Shown piece by piece: positions 8,086-17,543 of a stretch of 64,000 bases of DNA (position 1 is the stretch's first letter; each line of letters opens with the position of its first letter). Where the stretch lies: positions 576,001 to 640,000 of the forward strand of contig CAXXGJ010000038.1 in the NCBI GenBank assembly GCA_963677895.2. The letters are read 5' to 3'. Position numbers and translations under genes: made by a program. A model generated the notes under the pieces. The model worked only from the letters and a program-made list of their open reading frames with translations. It was not told where the DNA came from and did no database searches. This stretch comes from Treponemataceae bacterium (GTDB taxonomy: Bacteria; Spirochaetota; Spirochaetia; Treponematales; Rectinemataceae).

Positions 8086-9372
8086 ATGTATCTTAAAACG
8101 TCGATAGTGCTCGTCGCGATGGTCGCGAGCTTCGTCATTTCGAGTTGGAAGCTCAAGTCGCCCGAAATTTCGATGGTGATAGCGGCGGTCGTGGGCGCGG
8201 TCGCGGCGGGTCTTGGCTTTCCCGTGCGGATTCTGGTGGAAGGACTCTTCACCAACCTCGATCTCGCCATCCTCTTTGTCTGCGCCTCCCTCTTCGTCAA
8301 CATCTATTCCTACTCGGGAGCCATGAACGTCGTGACGAGAAAGCTCGTCCAGAGCATCGACAGCAAATGGCTTCTCCTCATCTGCATGGCCGTCTTCATG
8401 CTGATTCCGGGAGCCCTGACGGGCGCCGGTTCCGTATCGATCTTCGTGGTGGGCGGACTCGTGTCGACGGTCGTGCGTTACATGGGCCTTTCCGACAAGA
8501 AAACCACCGCCTTCGTGTTCATCTTCGCCATTCTCTCCGCCGCGGCTCCGCCCATCAATCTCTGGGTCATGCTGATGACGGCGCAGGCGAATATGCCCTA
8601 CGTCGGCTTTTCTAAGCTTCTTCTCCTGCCCATCATCATCGTCGGCACCTTCACCATCGTCTATCTGGGCTGGGGCGCCAAGAGGGAGAGCAAGGAAAAA
8701 ATCCTCGCCGAACTGCCGGAAGGACAAGCCAACATGGGCTGGTTCCGGATTCTCTGCCCCCTCGTCCTGCTCGTGGGGCTCATCCTCCTCTCGCTATACG
8801 CGCCATTCTCCACCCCGGTCTTCGGCCTTCCCCTCATGTTCGTCCTCGCCACCCTGGCCGCCGTCCTCTGCAATCCGAGGAAGTCAACGCCCGCGGACTA
8901 CTACGGAGTGATGAAGAAGACCATGGAGCAGGTCTTCCCCCTCCTCGCGACGGTCATAAGCGTCGGAGCCCTGGTGAATGTCATGGCGGCCACCGGCGTA
9001 AGGGGTCTCTTGAGTATCACCTTCGTGACCCTGCCGATGATCTGGATCCTGCTTACGGTGCTCTTTTTCTGTCCCATCGCGCAGGGCAGCCTGAGCTACG
9101 GAAGCGCCATCATATTCGGCACGCCTCTCATTTTTATGTTCAACGCGGCGGGCATGAACACGACGGTCGTCTGCGCGGCTCTGAGCCTCATCTTCCCCAT
9201 CGGGGACTGCCTGCCGCCGTCGAGAATCGTGGGACGCATTTCCTGCGAGACGGTGGGCTACAAAGGCAGCTACATGTCCTTCCTGAAGCAGATATTCCTG
9301 CCCGTCCTCCTTTTGGGAGCGCTGGCGCTTGTCATGCTTATCATCCCGAACAAATTCGCCTTTCTGAAATAA
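8086..9372 (+). CDS. TRAP large permease (DctM)/IT-superfamily transporter
   Basis: 428 aa, highly hydrophobic; AAPPIN and GDCLPP motifs. Confidence 0.8.
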   Translation: MYLKTSIVLVAMVASFVISSWKLKSPEISMVIAAVVGAVAAGLGFPVRILVEGLFTNLDLAILFVCASLFVNIYSYSGAMNVVTRKLVQSIDSKWLLLICMAVFMLIPGALTGAGSVSIFVVGGLVSTVVRYMGLSDKKTTAFVFIFAILSAAAPPINLWVMLMTAQANMPYVGFSKLLLLPIIIVGTFTIVYLGWGAKRESKEKILAELPEGQANMGWFRILCPLVLLVGLILLSLYAPFSTPVFGLPLMFVLATLAAVLCNPRKSTPADYYGVMKKTMEQVFPLLATVISVGALVNVMAATGVRGLLSITFVTLPMIWILLTVLFFCPIAQGSLSYGSAIIFGTPLIFMFNAAGMNTTVVCAALSLIFPIGDCLPPSRIVGRISCETVGYKGSYMSFLKQIFLPVLLLGALALVMLIIPNKFAFLK

Positions 9373-9382
9373 GGGGGATCGC

Positions 9383-9556
9383 ATGGTGCTTTTCGAACAG
9401 ATCATCCACGTCATCTATTTCATCATAGCCGGGATAATCGGGTTTTTCCTCCTGCGGAATTTCTTCAAGCGCGCGGCCAGGCCCGGCATCGTGTACGACA
9501 TCGTCTACGCATACTGTTTCATACCCTTCCTTCTGCGTGTGCTGGGCATAAAGTGA
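9383..9556 (+). CDS. Small 57-aa membrane protein (not in ORF track)
   Basis: MVLFEQIIHVIYFIIAGIIGFFLLRNFFKRAARPGIVYDIVYAYCFIPFLLRVLGIK; GGGGGA RBS; fills the gap between two operon genes. Confidence 0.75.
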   Translation: MVLFEQIIHVIYFIIAGIIGFFLLRNFFKRAARPGIVYDIVYAYCFIPFLLRVLGIK

Positions 9557-9570
9557 CAGGAGAACGAAAA

Positions 9571-10758
9571 ATGGAAACTAAAAAAGCCCCCGCGAGAGGA
9601 ACGGCGAGACTCTATCTCAAGATTTTCTTCCTCGCGGCCGCCCTCGCCCTCGCCTTCATGGGCGGCAGGGAATTCTACGAGCTGAGACATTACAAGGAAA
9701 CCGTCGTATCGGCGTCCGGGCTGACCGAAGTGAAGATGTTGAGCGACTACCTGGCGAACATCAAGGGCACCTGGATGGACACGCCCATATTCGTGTACGA
9801 CTCCGGGGTTCCCGGTGGATCCGTCCTCTACATGGCGAACGTGCACCCCTACGAGCCCGCCACCAGCCTTTCGGCCTACATCATGATGGAGAACATAAAG
9901 GTGTCCAAGGGCAAGGTCTTCGTCATCCCCCAGGGCAACCGCTCGGGCTCGACCACGGGCATGCTGGGCAACGCCTATCCGAAGTTCTTCACCGTGAAGA
10001 CGGAATTCGGCGGCAAGAAATTCCGAATAGGCGACCGCGGGACGAATCCCCTGGACCAGTGGCCCGATCCTTTCACCTACGTCAACTATCCTTCCAGGCA
10101 GAGTCTTGCCTACCAGGATATCAGGAACATGAACCGCACCTATCCCGGGCGCAAGGACGGGACGCTCACCGAGCGCGCCTCCTACGCGATCATGGAGCTC
10201 ATCAGGCGGGAAAAGATCGATCTGTCGATCGATTCGCACGAAGCCTCGCTGATGTACCCCGTGGTGGGCACCTATGTCGCCCACGAAAGGTCCTTTGACC
10301 TCGCGATGATGGCGGCCATGAACCTGAGCGCGGGCACCTTCGACATGAAGTGCGAATCCTCGCCCAAGGGGCTGCGCGGTCTCTCGCACCGCGAATGGGG
10401 CGACTACAGCGACACCCTGGCCATCCTCATGGAAACTCCCGAGCCCTTCATCGACCGCGTGGTGGGACCGATGACGGAGAAACTCTTCACCGAGGGCAAG
10501 GACGAGTTCCTGGCCACGGCGGCGAAACACGGCCTTACCTACGTGCCCTACAACCTGGAATTCGGCTCGCCGCTCTGGTACCGCTGCGGAAGGCACCTCA
10601 CGGGCACCCTCGAGGCCATCAACTGGATGAACCAGTTCCAGCCGGAGAAGGAAGTGATCGTCGAATGGCCGACCTATCAGGATCTCCAGGCGAACGATTG
10701 CGGGTATTACCTCCACGACCCCAAAACGGCCGCCAAGGAACTGGTGTTCGAGATTTGA
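9571..10758 (+). CDS. Succinylglutamate desuccinylase/aspartoacylase (M14-like zinc hydrolase) family protein, membrane-anchored or exported
   Basis: HPYE (HxxE), NMNRTYPG and IDSHEA motifs; N-terminal hydrophobic segment. Confidence 0.8.
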   Translation: METKKAPARGTARLYLKIFFLAAALALAFMGGREFYELRHYKETVVSASGLTEVKMLSDYLANIKGTWMDTPIFVYDSGVPGGSVLYMANVHPYEPATSLSAYIMMENIKVSKGKVFVIPQGNRSGSTTGMLGNAYPKFFTVKTEFGGKKFRIGDRGTNPLDQWPDPFTYVNYPSRQSLAYQDIRNMNRTYPGRKDGTLTERASYAIMELIRREKIDLSIDSHEASLMYPVVGTYVAHERSFDLAMMAAMNLSAGTFDMKCESSPKGLRGLSHREWGDYSDTLAILMETPEPFIDRVVGPMTEKLFTEGKDEFLATAAKHGLTYVPYNLEFGSPLWYRCGRHLTGTLEAINWMNQFQPEKEVIVEWPTYQDLQANDCGYYLHDPKTAAKELVFEI

Positions 10759-10822
10759 AATCGCGCGTTTTGCGGCCTTTGGCCGCTTGAATAGAGGGGA
10801 GTTTCCCCGAAAAGGAGTGCTT

Positions 10823-12445
10823 ATGAAAAAAGGCATGAGAAGAACGATGGCTGTCCTGCTGATAGTGGCGGCTGCATTGTTCATGAACGCCCAGTCGGCC
10901 TTCGCCTGCACGATTGTCGGCGTCGGCACGGAGGCCATGGCCGATGGTTCCACCGTCGTCACCCACAACGACGACTCTTCCGGAGCGGACTTCCGCCTCT
11001 GGATCACCCCGGGCGGGAAACAAGCCCCTGGCGCCACGCGCGATCTCGTCATCGATTCGCACAACTATGGCGATTTCGGCCAGTATCCCAAGGTAAAGGA
11101 CTATGGAAACGGCACGCTCGTGGCCGAGATCCCCGAAGCCGCCCAGACTTACGCCTACTTCCATTCGCGCTATTCCTTCATCAATGAGAAGGGCGTGTCG
11201 ATGGGAGAAAGCACCTTCAACTTCGACAAGTCCACGCCCTTGGCCAAGAAAGCCTACGATCTCATCTACGGCAAGAACCTCGGACTCATCGACTGCTGGA
11301 ACGCCCAGGACATAGCCCTCGAGCGCGCGGCGACCGCCAAGGAAGCGGTGCTCGTCATGGGAGACCTCGTCGAGAAGTACGGCTGGAAAGACCCGGGCGA
11401 AACCATGGATATCGCCGACGGCACCGATGTCTGGATCGCCGAGTTCTATGGACTCGACCTCTGGGCGGCCCGCCGCATTCCGAAAAACGCCTTCTTTGTC
11501 GCCGCCAACCGCGCGCGCATCGACTCCATCGACTTCAACGATCACGAAAACTACCTGTATTCGCCGAACATCAAGAGTTTCGCGGTCGAGAACGGCCTCT
11601 GGTCCGAAGCCTCCGGCGTTCCCTTCTCCCCCGCCCGAACCTACGCACCCTTCGACGGAGCTTACAGCACCCGCCGCGAGTGGAGGGCCTTCGACCTCGT
11701 CGCTCCCTCGCTCAAGCTCGACCCGAACGCCACCAGGTTCCCCTTCTATGTCGTCCCCGAGAAGAAGCTTACCGTCCAGGACGTCCTGGAGATCAAGGCC
11801 GACTACTATCAGGGCACCGAGTATGACCTTTCCCGCGCGCCCGACGCCGGTCCCTACGGCGACCCGATCGTTCCCTACCACAAGGAACGCTCGATCAACC
11901 TGTTCAGGACCTGCTACGTGATGATAGCGAACGTGAAAGCATGGCTGCCCGACGAAGCCAAGTGCCTCGTGTGGTACGGCTACGGCGCTCCCGACACCAC
12001 CTATATCACGCCCCTGTGGCCGACCATGACGAAGCTGCCTTCCCTCTACACGACCGGCAACCGCTACGAAGAATTCCGCCGCGATTCCGGCTGGTGGACC
12101 AATTCCTATGTCCAGCAGATCGCCAGGATCAACTACCAGAGCGCGGTCCAGGACATCCACGCCTTCCGTCAGCCCAGGATGGACGCCCAGTACAAGATCG
12201 TGGACGAGATCCAGAACACCGCCGCCAACTTGATCAACCAAGGCAAGAAGGCAGAGGCCATCGATCTGCTCACTTCCTATGCCTACACCAACGCCGAAAT
12301 GTGGCACACGGACTGGCTCGCCCTCGGCGACCAGCTGCTTGGCACCTACATGTGGGGCAACAAGAAAATGAAGACCCAGATGCCCAACAAGTGGTGGAGC
12401 GAAATCATGTCCAAAGCGCCCATCAAGCCAGTGGAAAAAAAGTAA
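10823..12445 (+). CDS. C69-family dipeptidase (Ntn hydrolase), exported
   Basis: Signal peptide AFA|CTIVGVG with N-terminal Cys nucleophile; INEKGVSMGEST. Confidence 0.88.
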   Translation: MKKGMRRTMAVLLIVAAALFMNAQSAFACTIVGVGTEAMADGSTVVTHNDDSSGADFRLWITPGGKQAPGATRDLVIDSHNYGDFGQYPKVKDYGNGTLVAEIPEAAQTYAYFHSRYSFINEKGVSMGESTFNFDKSTPLAKKAYDLIYGKNLGLIDCWNAQDIALERAATAKEAVLVMGDLVEKYGWKDPGETMDIADGTDVWIAEFYGLDLWAARRIPKNAFFVAANRARIDSIDFNDHENYLYSPNIKSFAVENGLWSEASGVPFSPARTYAPFDGAYSTRREWRAFDLVAPSLKLDPNATRFPFYVVPEKKLTVQDVLEIKADYYQGTEYDLSRAPDAGPYGDPIVPYHKERSINLFRTCYVMIANVKAWLPDEAKCLVWYGYGAPDTTYITPLWPTMTKLPSLYTTGNRYEEFRRDSGWWTNSYVQQIARINYQSAVQDIHAFRQPRMDAQYKIVDEIQNTAANLINQGKKAEAIDLLTSYAYTNAEMWHTDWLALGDQLLGTYMWGNKKMKTQMPNKWWSEIMSKAPIKPVEKK

Positions 12446-12460
12446 GCCTGTTGTATACTT

Positions 12461-12494
12461 CCGGCACGGCACAAAGCCGTGCCGGTTTTATTTA
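12461..12494 (+). terminator. Intrinsic terminator
   Basis: CCGGCACGGC-acaaa-GCCGTGCCGG followed by TTTTATTT. Confidence 0.75.
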
Positions 12495-12539
12495 TTGGGA
12501 CTCCTCCCGCGGGAGGGCGGCCCGCAACGGGAGCATCGC

Positions 12540-13730
12540 GTGCAGCTTGTCATCGTTTTCGGCCTGGCGCTTTTCGCCTTGGGCTTGGCGGAAAACTTCT
12601 TCCATCGGAAAAACCTGCGCTCAATACCGATACGCATCCTCGTCAATGGAACCCGGGGCAAATCCAGCGTAACGCGACTCATCGCGGGCGCGCTGCGGGA
12701 GGCGGGGTACCGGACGATAGCCAAGACGACGGGTTCCGAAGCCCGAATCATCCTCGAAGACGGGAGCGAGACGCCGGTCAGGCGCCCCTTGGGGGCCAGG
12801 ATTACCGAACAGAAGGCCCTCGCGAGGCTGGCGGCGCTGCAAAAAGCCGATGCCCTCGTCGTAGAGTGCATGGCCGTGAGGCCCGAGTCGCAGATGCTGA
12901 TGCGAAGCCAGCTCGTCAGGCCCACCATCACCGTCATCACGAACGCGCGCGTGGATCACGTGGAGGAAATGGGGCCCACCATCGCGGACACGGAAGCCGC
13001 CCTTTCCTTCTCTATCGCCCCCGACGGCACGCTCGTCACCGCCGATCCTCGCTTTTCAGGCGCGAGCCATGCCAAGGCGGCTCGCCGCATCGTCGTCGCG
13101 AATTCGTCCGACCTTTCCGAGGAAATACTGGGACGGTTTTCCTATCCCGTCTTCCCGGAAAACCTGTCCATCGCCCTCCAGGTCGCCTCGGAGCTTGGCA
13201 TCGACAGGGAAAGGGCCATCATGGGAATGATCAAAGCCGAGCCCGATGTCGGCGTGCTTCGCCTCTTCGCCGTTAAGGCGCCGGGCTACAGCATGATTTT
13301 CATCAACGGTTTCGCCGCGAACGATATCCTTTCCACGGAAATGGTGTGGAAGGAAGCTTCCAAGCGTCTGCCCCCCGGACTGCCCCTCATTTTCCTCTAC
13401 AACAATCGCGCCGACCGCGAATATCGAATCCCGGAATTCCTGCGATTGCCCGGCAGAATAGGGAACATCAGGCTGCTCGTCGCCATGGGCGAACATAGGC
13501 AAAAAGTGGCGCGGAGCTTCGAGAATTCCGGCCTCGAGACCATGACCTGCGAAACCGGAACGGACTTCGGAGCCCTGTTCTCAGAGCTGGCGGCGCGCGT
13601 CGGCGAATCTTTCCTGCTTTTTGGCGTGGGCAACATTCACGGCATGGGCAGTGCGCTGATGACCTATTGTATGGAACACGGTCGCGCTTATGAAAAGAAT
13701 AAGGAGGGGGAATGCTTCAGGAATCGATAG
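12540..13730 (+). CDS. pgsB: Poly-gamma-glutamate synthase PgsB/CapB
   Basis: IPIRILVNGTRGKSSVTRLI, AKTTG, VVECMA, NGFAAND, NNRADR; start inferred at GTG 12540. Confidence 0.93.
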   Translation: MQLVIVFGLALFALGLAENFFHRKNLRSIPIRILVNGTRGKSSVTRLIAGALREAGYRTIAKTTGSEARIILEDGSETPVRRPLGARITEQKALARLAALQKADALVVECMAVRPESQMLMRSQLVRPTITVITNARVDHVEEMGPTIADTEAALSFSIAPDGTLVTADPRFSGASHAKAARRIVVANSSDLSEEILGRFSYPVFPENLSIALQVASELGIDRERAIMGMIKAEPDVGVLRLFAVKAPGYSMIFINGFAANDILSTEMVWKEASKRLPPGLPLIFLYNNRADREYRIPEFLRLPGRIGNIRLLVAMGEHRQKVARSFENSGLETMTCETGTDFGALFSELAARVGESFLLFGVGNIHGMGSALMTYCMEHGRAYEKNKEGECFRNR

Positions 13731-14146
13731 GCTTGAGCGTCATTCTGGGATTTCTCTCCAGCGAATTCCTGGGCATTTCCGCCGGAGGGCTTGTCTCCCC
13801 GGGCTATCTGGCTTTCTATCTGGAGCAACCGCTGCGCCTGCTTTCCACCATGGTCCTCGCGATCCTCATATTCCTGCTTATCCGCCTTCTGCAGCGTTTC
13901 ATGATAATTTTCGGAAGGCGGCGTTTCATGGCGGCCGTACTGCTCAGCCTCGCCGGCACGTGGATCTTCGAACAGGCTTTCTTCTATGTCGACTGGCTCA
14001 GCCAGGACATCCGGATCATAGGCTATATCGTCCCGGGCCTTATCGCCAACGACATGCTCAAACAGGGCGTGGCGAAGACCATAGCCATGGTCCTCCTCGT
14101 GGCGATCGTCATCCGCCTCGTCATGATGGTGGTTGTCTTCCGATGA
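13712..14146 (+). CDS. pgsC: Poly-gamma-glutamate biosynthesis protein PgsC/CapC
   Basis: GGLVSPGYLA, IFGRRRF, IGYIVPGLIAN, KQG. Confidence 0.93.
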   Translation: MLQESIGLSVILGFLSSEFLGISAGGLVSPGYLAFYLEQPLRLLSTMVLAILIFLLIRLLQRFMIIFGRRRFMAAVLLSLAGTWIFEQAFFYVDWLSQDIRIIGYIVPGLIANDMLKQGVAKTIAMVLLVAIVIRLVMMVVVFR

Positions 14147-15252
14147 AAGGAAGAGAGGCCTATTTCCAGCGTTCGCGGATAAGCGCGGGATATCTCGCCG
14201 GCGCCTTGGCGGCGGCCTGCCTCGGTTTCGTTCTGCTTCAGGCGACGAAGACCGCCGTTCCCTACCCCCTCTACGAAATCCAGCTGGACGCGGCGAAGAG
14301 GATGGAAAAATCGGAGCGGATCCTGAAAAACGCCCTCCTCTCCGATGGCCAGTCCATTGAAACCGACCTCGACCCCAACGGGACCGGCTTGATCGGACCC
14401 GAATGGACAGCCTTGACGACGACGCTCGGGGATCTGGAAGCCAAAAGGAGCACACTCAATCCCAACTTCGCGGCGCTCATGGTCCGCTATTTTCACGAGG
14501 CCGGGCTCGAAAAGGGAGATTTGATCGCGGTGGGCGCCAGCGGATCCTTTCCGGGCATGACCATAGCGACGCTCTGCGCGGCTGAGGAAATGGGGCTCGA
14601 GGCGCTGACCATAGCTTCCTTCGGCTCGTCGATGTACGGGGCGACGAGACCCGAATTCACCACGCCCAGGATGATCCGCATCCTATCCGACGCGTCGATG
14701 ATCCCCTATTCGCTGATAGCCGTCTCCCCCGGGGCCGACGGCGACCACGGCGAAAACCCTCTCTTCGAGGATTCGCGCGAGATCATCACCGGACTGGCAG
14801 CGGAAACCGGCGTCGAGTTCATCGATTTTACCCCACCCAACCTCGAAGCCAGCATCGCGCGACGCCTTGAGCTTTTCGAAGAGGTTTCGGCGGGGAAAAA
14901 AATCGAATGCTTCGTGAATATCGGCGGCGCCAGCTCCAACAGCGGCGCGTCCTCCTATACCCTCGACTTTCCCCAGGGCCTCGTGATGGACCCGCCGCGC
15001 ATCCCCCCATCGGCCGACCGCGGCCTCATCTATGAGTATGCCGCTCGGGGAATACCGGTGATCAATCTCCTGAACATCAGGTCCCTCGCGGCGAAAAACG
15101 GACTCCCCTACGACCCTATTCCCCTTCCCCTCCCGGGAGAAGGCGATGTCTATAAAAACGTGCGCTACAGCAAACCCCTCGCCCTCGCCGCCTTGGCTGC
15201 CGCGATCGGCCTGCTGGCGGCGGCCCTCATCCGGCGGAGGAAAGATCGATGA
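14143..15252 (+). CDS. pgsW: Poly-gamma-glutamate system protein PgsW-like
   Basis: DPNGTGLIG, TTTLGDLEAKRSTLNPNFAA, SGSFPG, SSMYGA; ATGA overlap with pgsC. Confidence 0.85.
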   Translation: MKGREAYFQRSRISAGYLAGALAAACLGFVLLQATKTAVPYPLYEIQLDAAKRMEKSERILKNALLSDGQSIETDLDPNGTGLIGPEWTALTTTLGDLEAKRSTLNPNFAALMVRYFHEAGLEKGDLIAVGASGSFPGMTIATLCAAEEMGLEALTIASFGSSMYGATRPEFTTPRMIRILSDASMIPYSLIAVSPGADGDHGENPLFEDSREIITGLAAETGVEFIDFTPPNLEASIARRLELFEEVSAGKKIECFVNIGGASSNSGASSYTLDFPQGLVMDPPRIPPSADRGLIYEYAARGIPVINLLNIRSLAAKNGLPYDPIPLPLPGEGDVYKNVRYSKPLALAALAAAIGLLAAALIRRRKDR

Positions 15253-16538
15253 AGGAAGAAATCCGCGGCAATCGCATAGACGCAGTTCGCCCCGACGCGC
15301 CCGACCTGGCGCCATTCGGGGCCTTGCCCGTGGGGGTGAAAACCGTCGTCTTCACGAACCAGGGACAGGTGGACGTGGCCAGGACCGAGACCGGCAAGCC
15401 AGCCCCGCTCTATGACAGGCCGCTTAAAGCCGAAATCTGGTATCCCGCCAAGAGGGAATCCGGTCGGCCTTCCTCCGGCGAGTATGAGAATGTCATGACG
15501 CGCGACGGCAAGACCCTTGTCTCGCTCTGGGGACAGGCGGTCAGGAACGCCGAACCCGCGAGGGAAGCCGGGCCCTGCCCGCTCGTGATCCTGTCGCATG
15601 GATATCCAGGCAACCGGTTCATAATGTGCCATTTCGGGGAAAACCTCGCCAGCAAGGGCTATATCGTGGTTTCGATGGACCATTTCGAGAGCACCTACGA
15701 CAATCTGGGGGCCTTCTCATCCACCCTTTACAACCGCCCCCTCGATCAACTTTTCATCCTGAACGCCATGGCCCGGCTCAACGGCGAGGACGTGGGCGTT
15801 GGAGGGACGGGCACGGACGCCGGCGTCGGTGTAGGCGCCGGCCTCGCGGGCATGATAGACGCCGACAGGACGGCCATCCTCGGCTATTCCATGGGCGGTT
15901 ATGGCTTGATCAACACGATCGGCGGCGGTTTCTGCCCGGCTATAATAAAAGCCCCGCTGGCGCCGCCCAACATGCTCCTGGCCGCGAGACAGGCGGGCAA
16001 CCCCCAGTATGAGGCGAGTCTGGATTCCAGGATCAAGGCCGCCGTAGCGATAGCCCCCTGGGGCTGGACCCATGGATTCTGGGACAAATCGGGCCTGGCA
16101 GGCGTCAGGACTCCGCTGCTCTTCCTCGCCGGCGGCGTCGATACGACGGTGGGCTACGACCCTGGCGTGCGGAATATTTTCGGGAATTGCGTCCACGCGG
16201 AACGATATCTGCTGACCTTCGAGAACGCCGGCCACAACGCCATGGCTCCCATACCGGCGCCGAGTGAGGTCTGCATGTCGCCCGGACCCGAAGCCAGATA
16301 CTGGAAACACTACCAGGACCCGGTCTGGGACGGCGTTCGGGGCAACAATATAGCCCAGCACTTCGTCACCGCCTTCCTCGCGAAATATCTGATGAAGGAT
16401 CCGGCGGCCGACGCCTATCTCGACCTGCCCGAGCGTTCGAAAGAATCCACGGCGGGGAGCGATACCTCCTGGAAAGGCTTTAGCGTCAGGAACGCGTCGG
16501 GCCTGAGGTTCGAACGCCGCGGGCCGGCGGGACAATGA
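15249..16538 (+). CDS. Alpha/beta hydrolase (predicted dienelactone hydrolase-like)
   Basis: SHGYPG, GYSMG nucleophile elbow, NAGHN; ATGA overlap with pgsW. Confidence 0.85.
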   Translation: MKEEIRGNRIDAVRPDAPDLAPFGALPVGVKTVVFTNQGQVDVARTETGKPAPLYDRPLKAEIWYPAKRESGRPSSGEYENVMTRDGKTLVSLWGQAVRNAEPAREAGPCPLVILSHGYPGNRFIMCHFGENLASKGYIVVSMDHFESTYDNLGAFSSTLYNRPLDQLFILNAMARLNGEDVGVGGTGTDAGVGVGAGLAGMIDADRTAILGYSMGGYGLINTIGGGFCPAIIKAPLAPPNMLLAARQAGNPQYEASLDSRIKAAVAIAPWGWTHGFWDKSGLAGVRTPLLFLAGGVDTTVGYDPGVRNIFGNCVHAERYLLTFENAGHNAMAPIPAPSEVCMSPGPEARYWKHYQDPVWDGVRGNNIAQHFVTAFLAKYLMKDPAADAYLDLPERSKESTAGSDTSWKGFSVRNASGLRFERRGPAGQ

Positions 16539-16556
16539 CATGAAAAAGGAGCCGTC

Positions 16557-17543
16557 ATGAACGCAATCGAGAAAAACGTCGACAGGATCAGGTTCGCGCA
16601 CCTTCCGACGCCGATCGAGGAGATGAAGCGGCTTTCGGCCGGGCTGGGCGGACCCCGCCTTTTCGTGAAAAGGGACGACGCGACGGGGCTTGCCCTGGGC
16701 GGCAACAAGACGCGCAAGCTGGAGTTTCTCGTAGCCGACGCGCTGGCAAAGGGAGCCAGGACTCTCGTGACGGCGGGAGCCGCCCAGTCCAACCATTGCA
16801 GACAGACGGCCGCGGCCGCGGCTAAATTCGGCATGGGCTGCGTCCTCGTGCTGGACGGGCGCGAACCCGACGAGCCAAGCGCGAATCTCCTCCTGGACAA
16901 GCTTTTCGGCGCCCACATCGTCTGGGTAGCCGACAGGAAGGACAGGGAAAGCACGCAAAGGGAGACCTTCGGGAAACTGGACGCCGCGGGAGAAAAGCCC
17001 TATTTCGTCCCCTACGGCGGATCGAGCCCGATAGGGGCTATGGGCTATACCTTCGCGGTCGAGGAGGTCCTGGCCTAGGGCATAGACGCCGACTGGTTCG
17101 TGTTCGGCACCTCATCGGGCGGAACCCACGCGGGGCTCGCCCTGGGAGCGCGCCTCTTCGGTTATCGCGGAAAGGTCCTGGGAATCAGCATCGACGAATC
17201 AGAGGCCTGGCTGAAGGCGCGCGTCTCGGCGCTCGCCTCAGACGCCTCCGAGCTTCTGGGCTGGCGCGTCGAGATAAGGCCGGAGGAGATTCTCGCGAAC
17301 GATTCCTATTGTTCGGCCGGCTATGGCGTGCTCACCGGCGCCGAAAGAGAAGCGGTGACGTTATTCGCGCGGACCGAAGGGCTGCTGCTCGATCCCGTCT
17401 ATACGGGAAGGGCCGCGGCTGGCCTCGTCGATCTCATACGAAAGGGTTGTTTCAGGAAGGACGAGTCGGTGCTTTTCTGGAATACGGGAGGCCAGCCGGC
17501 TCTCTTCGCGGAGAAGTACCTAGACATTCTGGACCGGGCTTAA
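16557..17543 (+). pseudogene. D-cysteine desulfhydrase/ACC deaminase-family PLP enzyme interrupted by an in-frame TAG
   Basis: KRDD..GGNKTRKLE, QSNH, SSGGT, LDPVYTG; the two track ORFs are in the same frame, separated by TAG at 17076-17078. Confidence 0.8.

Noticed and set aside
13690..14142. N-terminal extension of the 520-aa ORF (pgsW)
   Set aside because: It overlaps pgsC in another frame; the real start is the ATGA-coupled ATG at 14143.
17076..17078. Genome-wide TAG reassignment
   Set aside because: TAG is the evident true stop of several genes here (ends at 8025, 22949, 23929, 32697, 43646).
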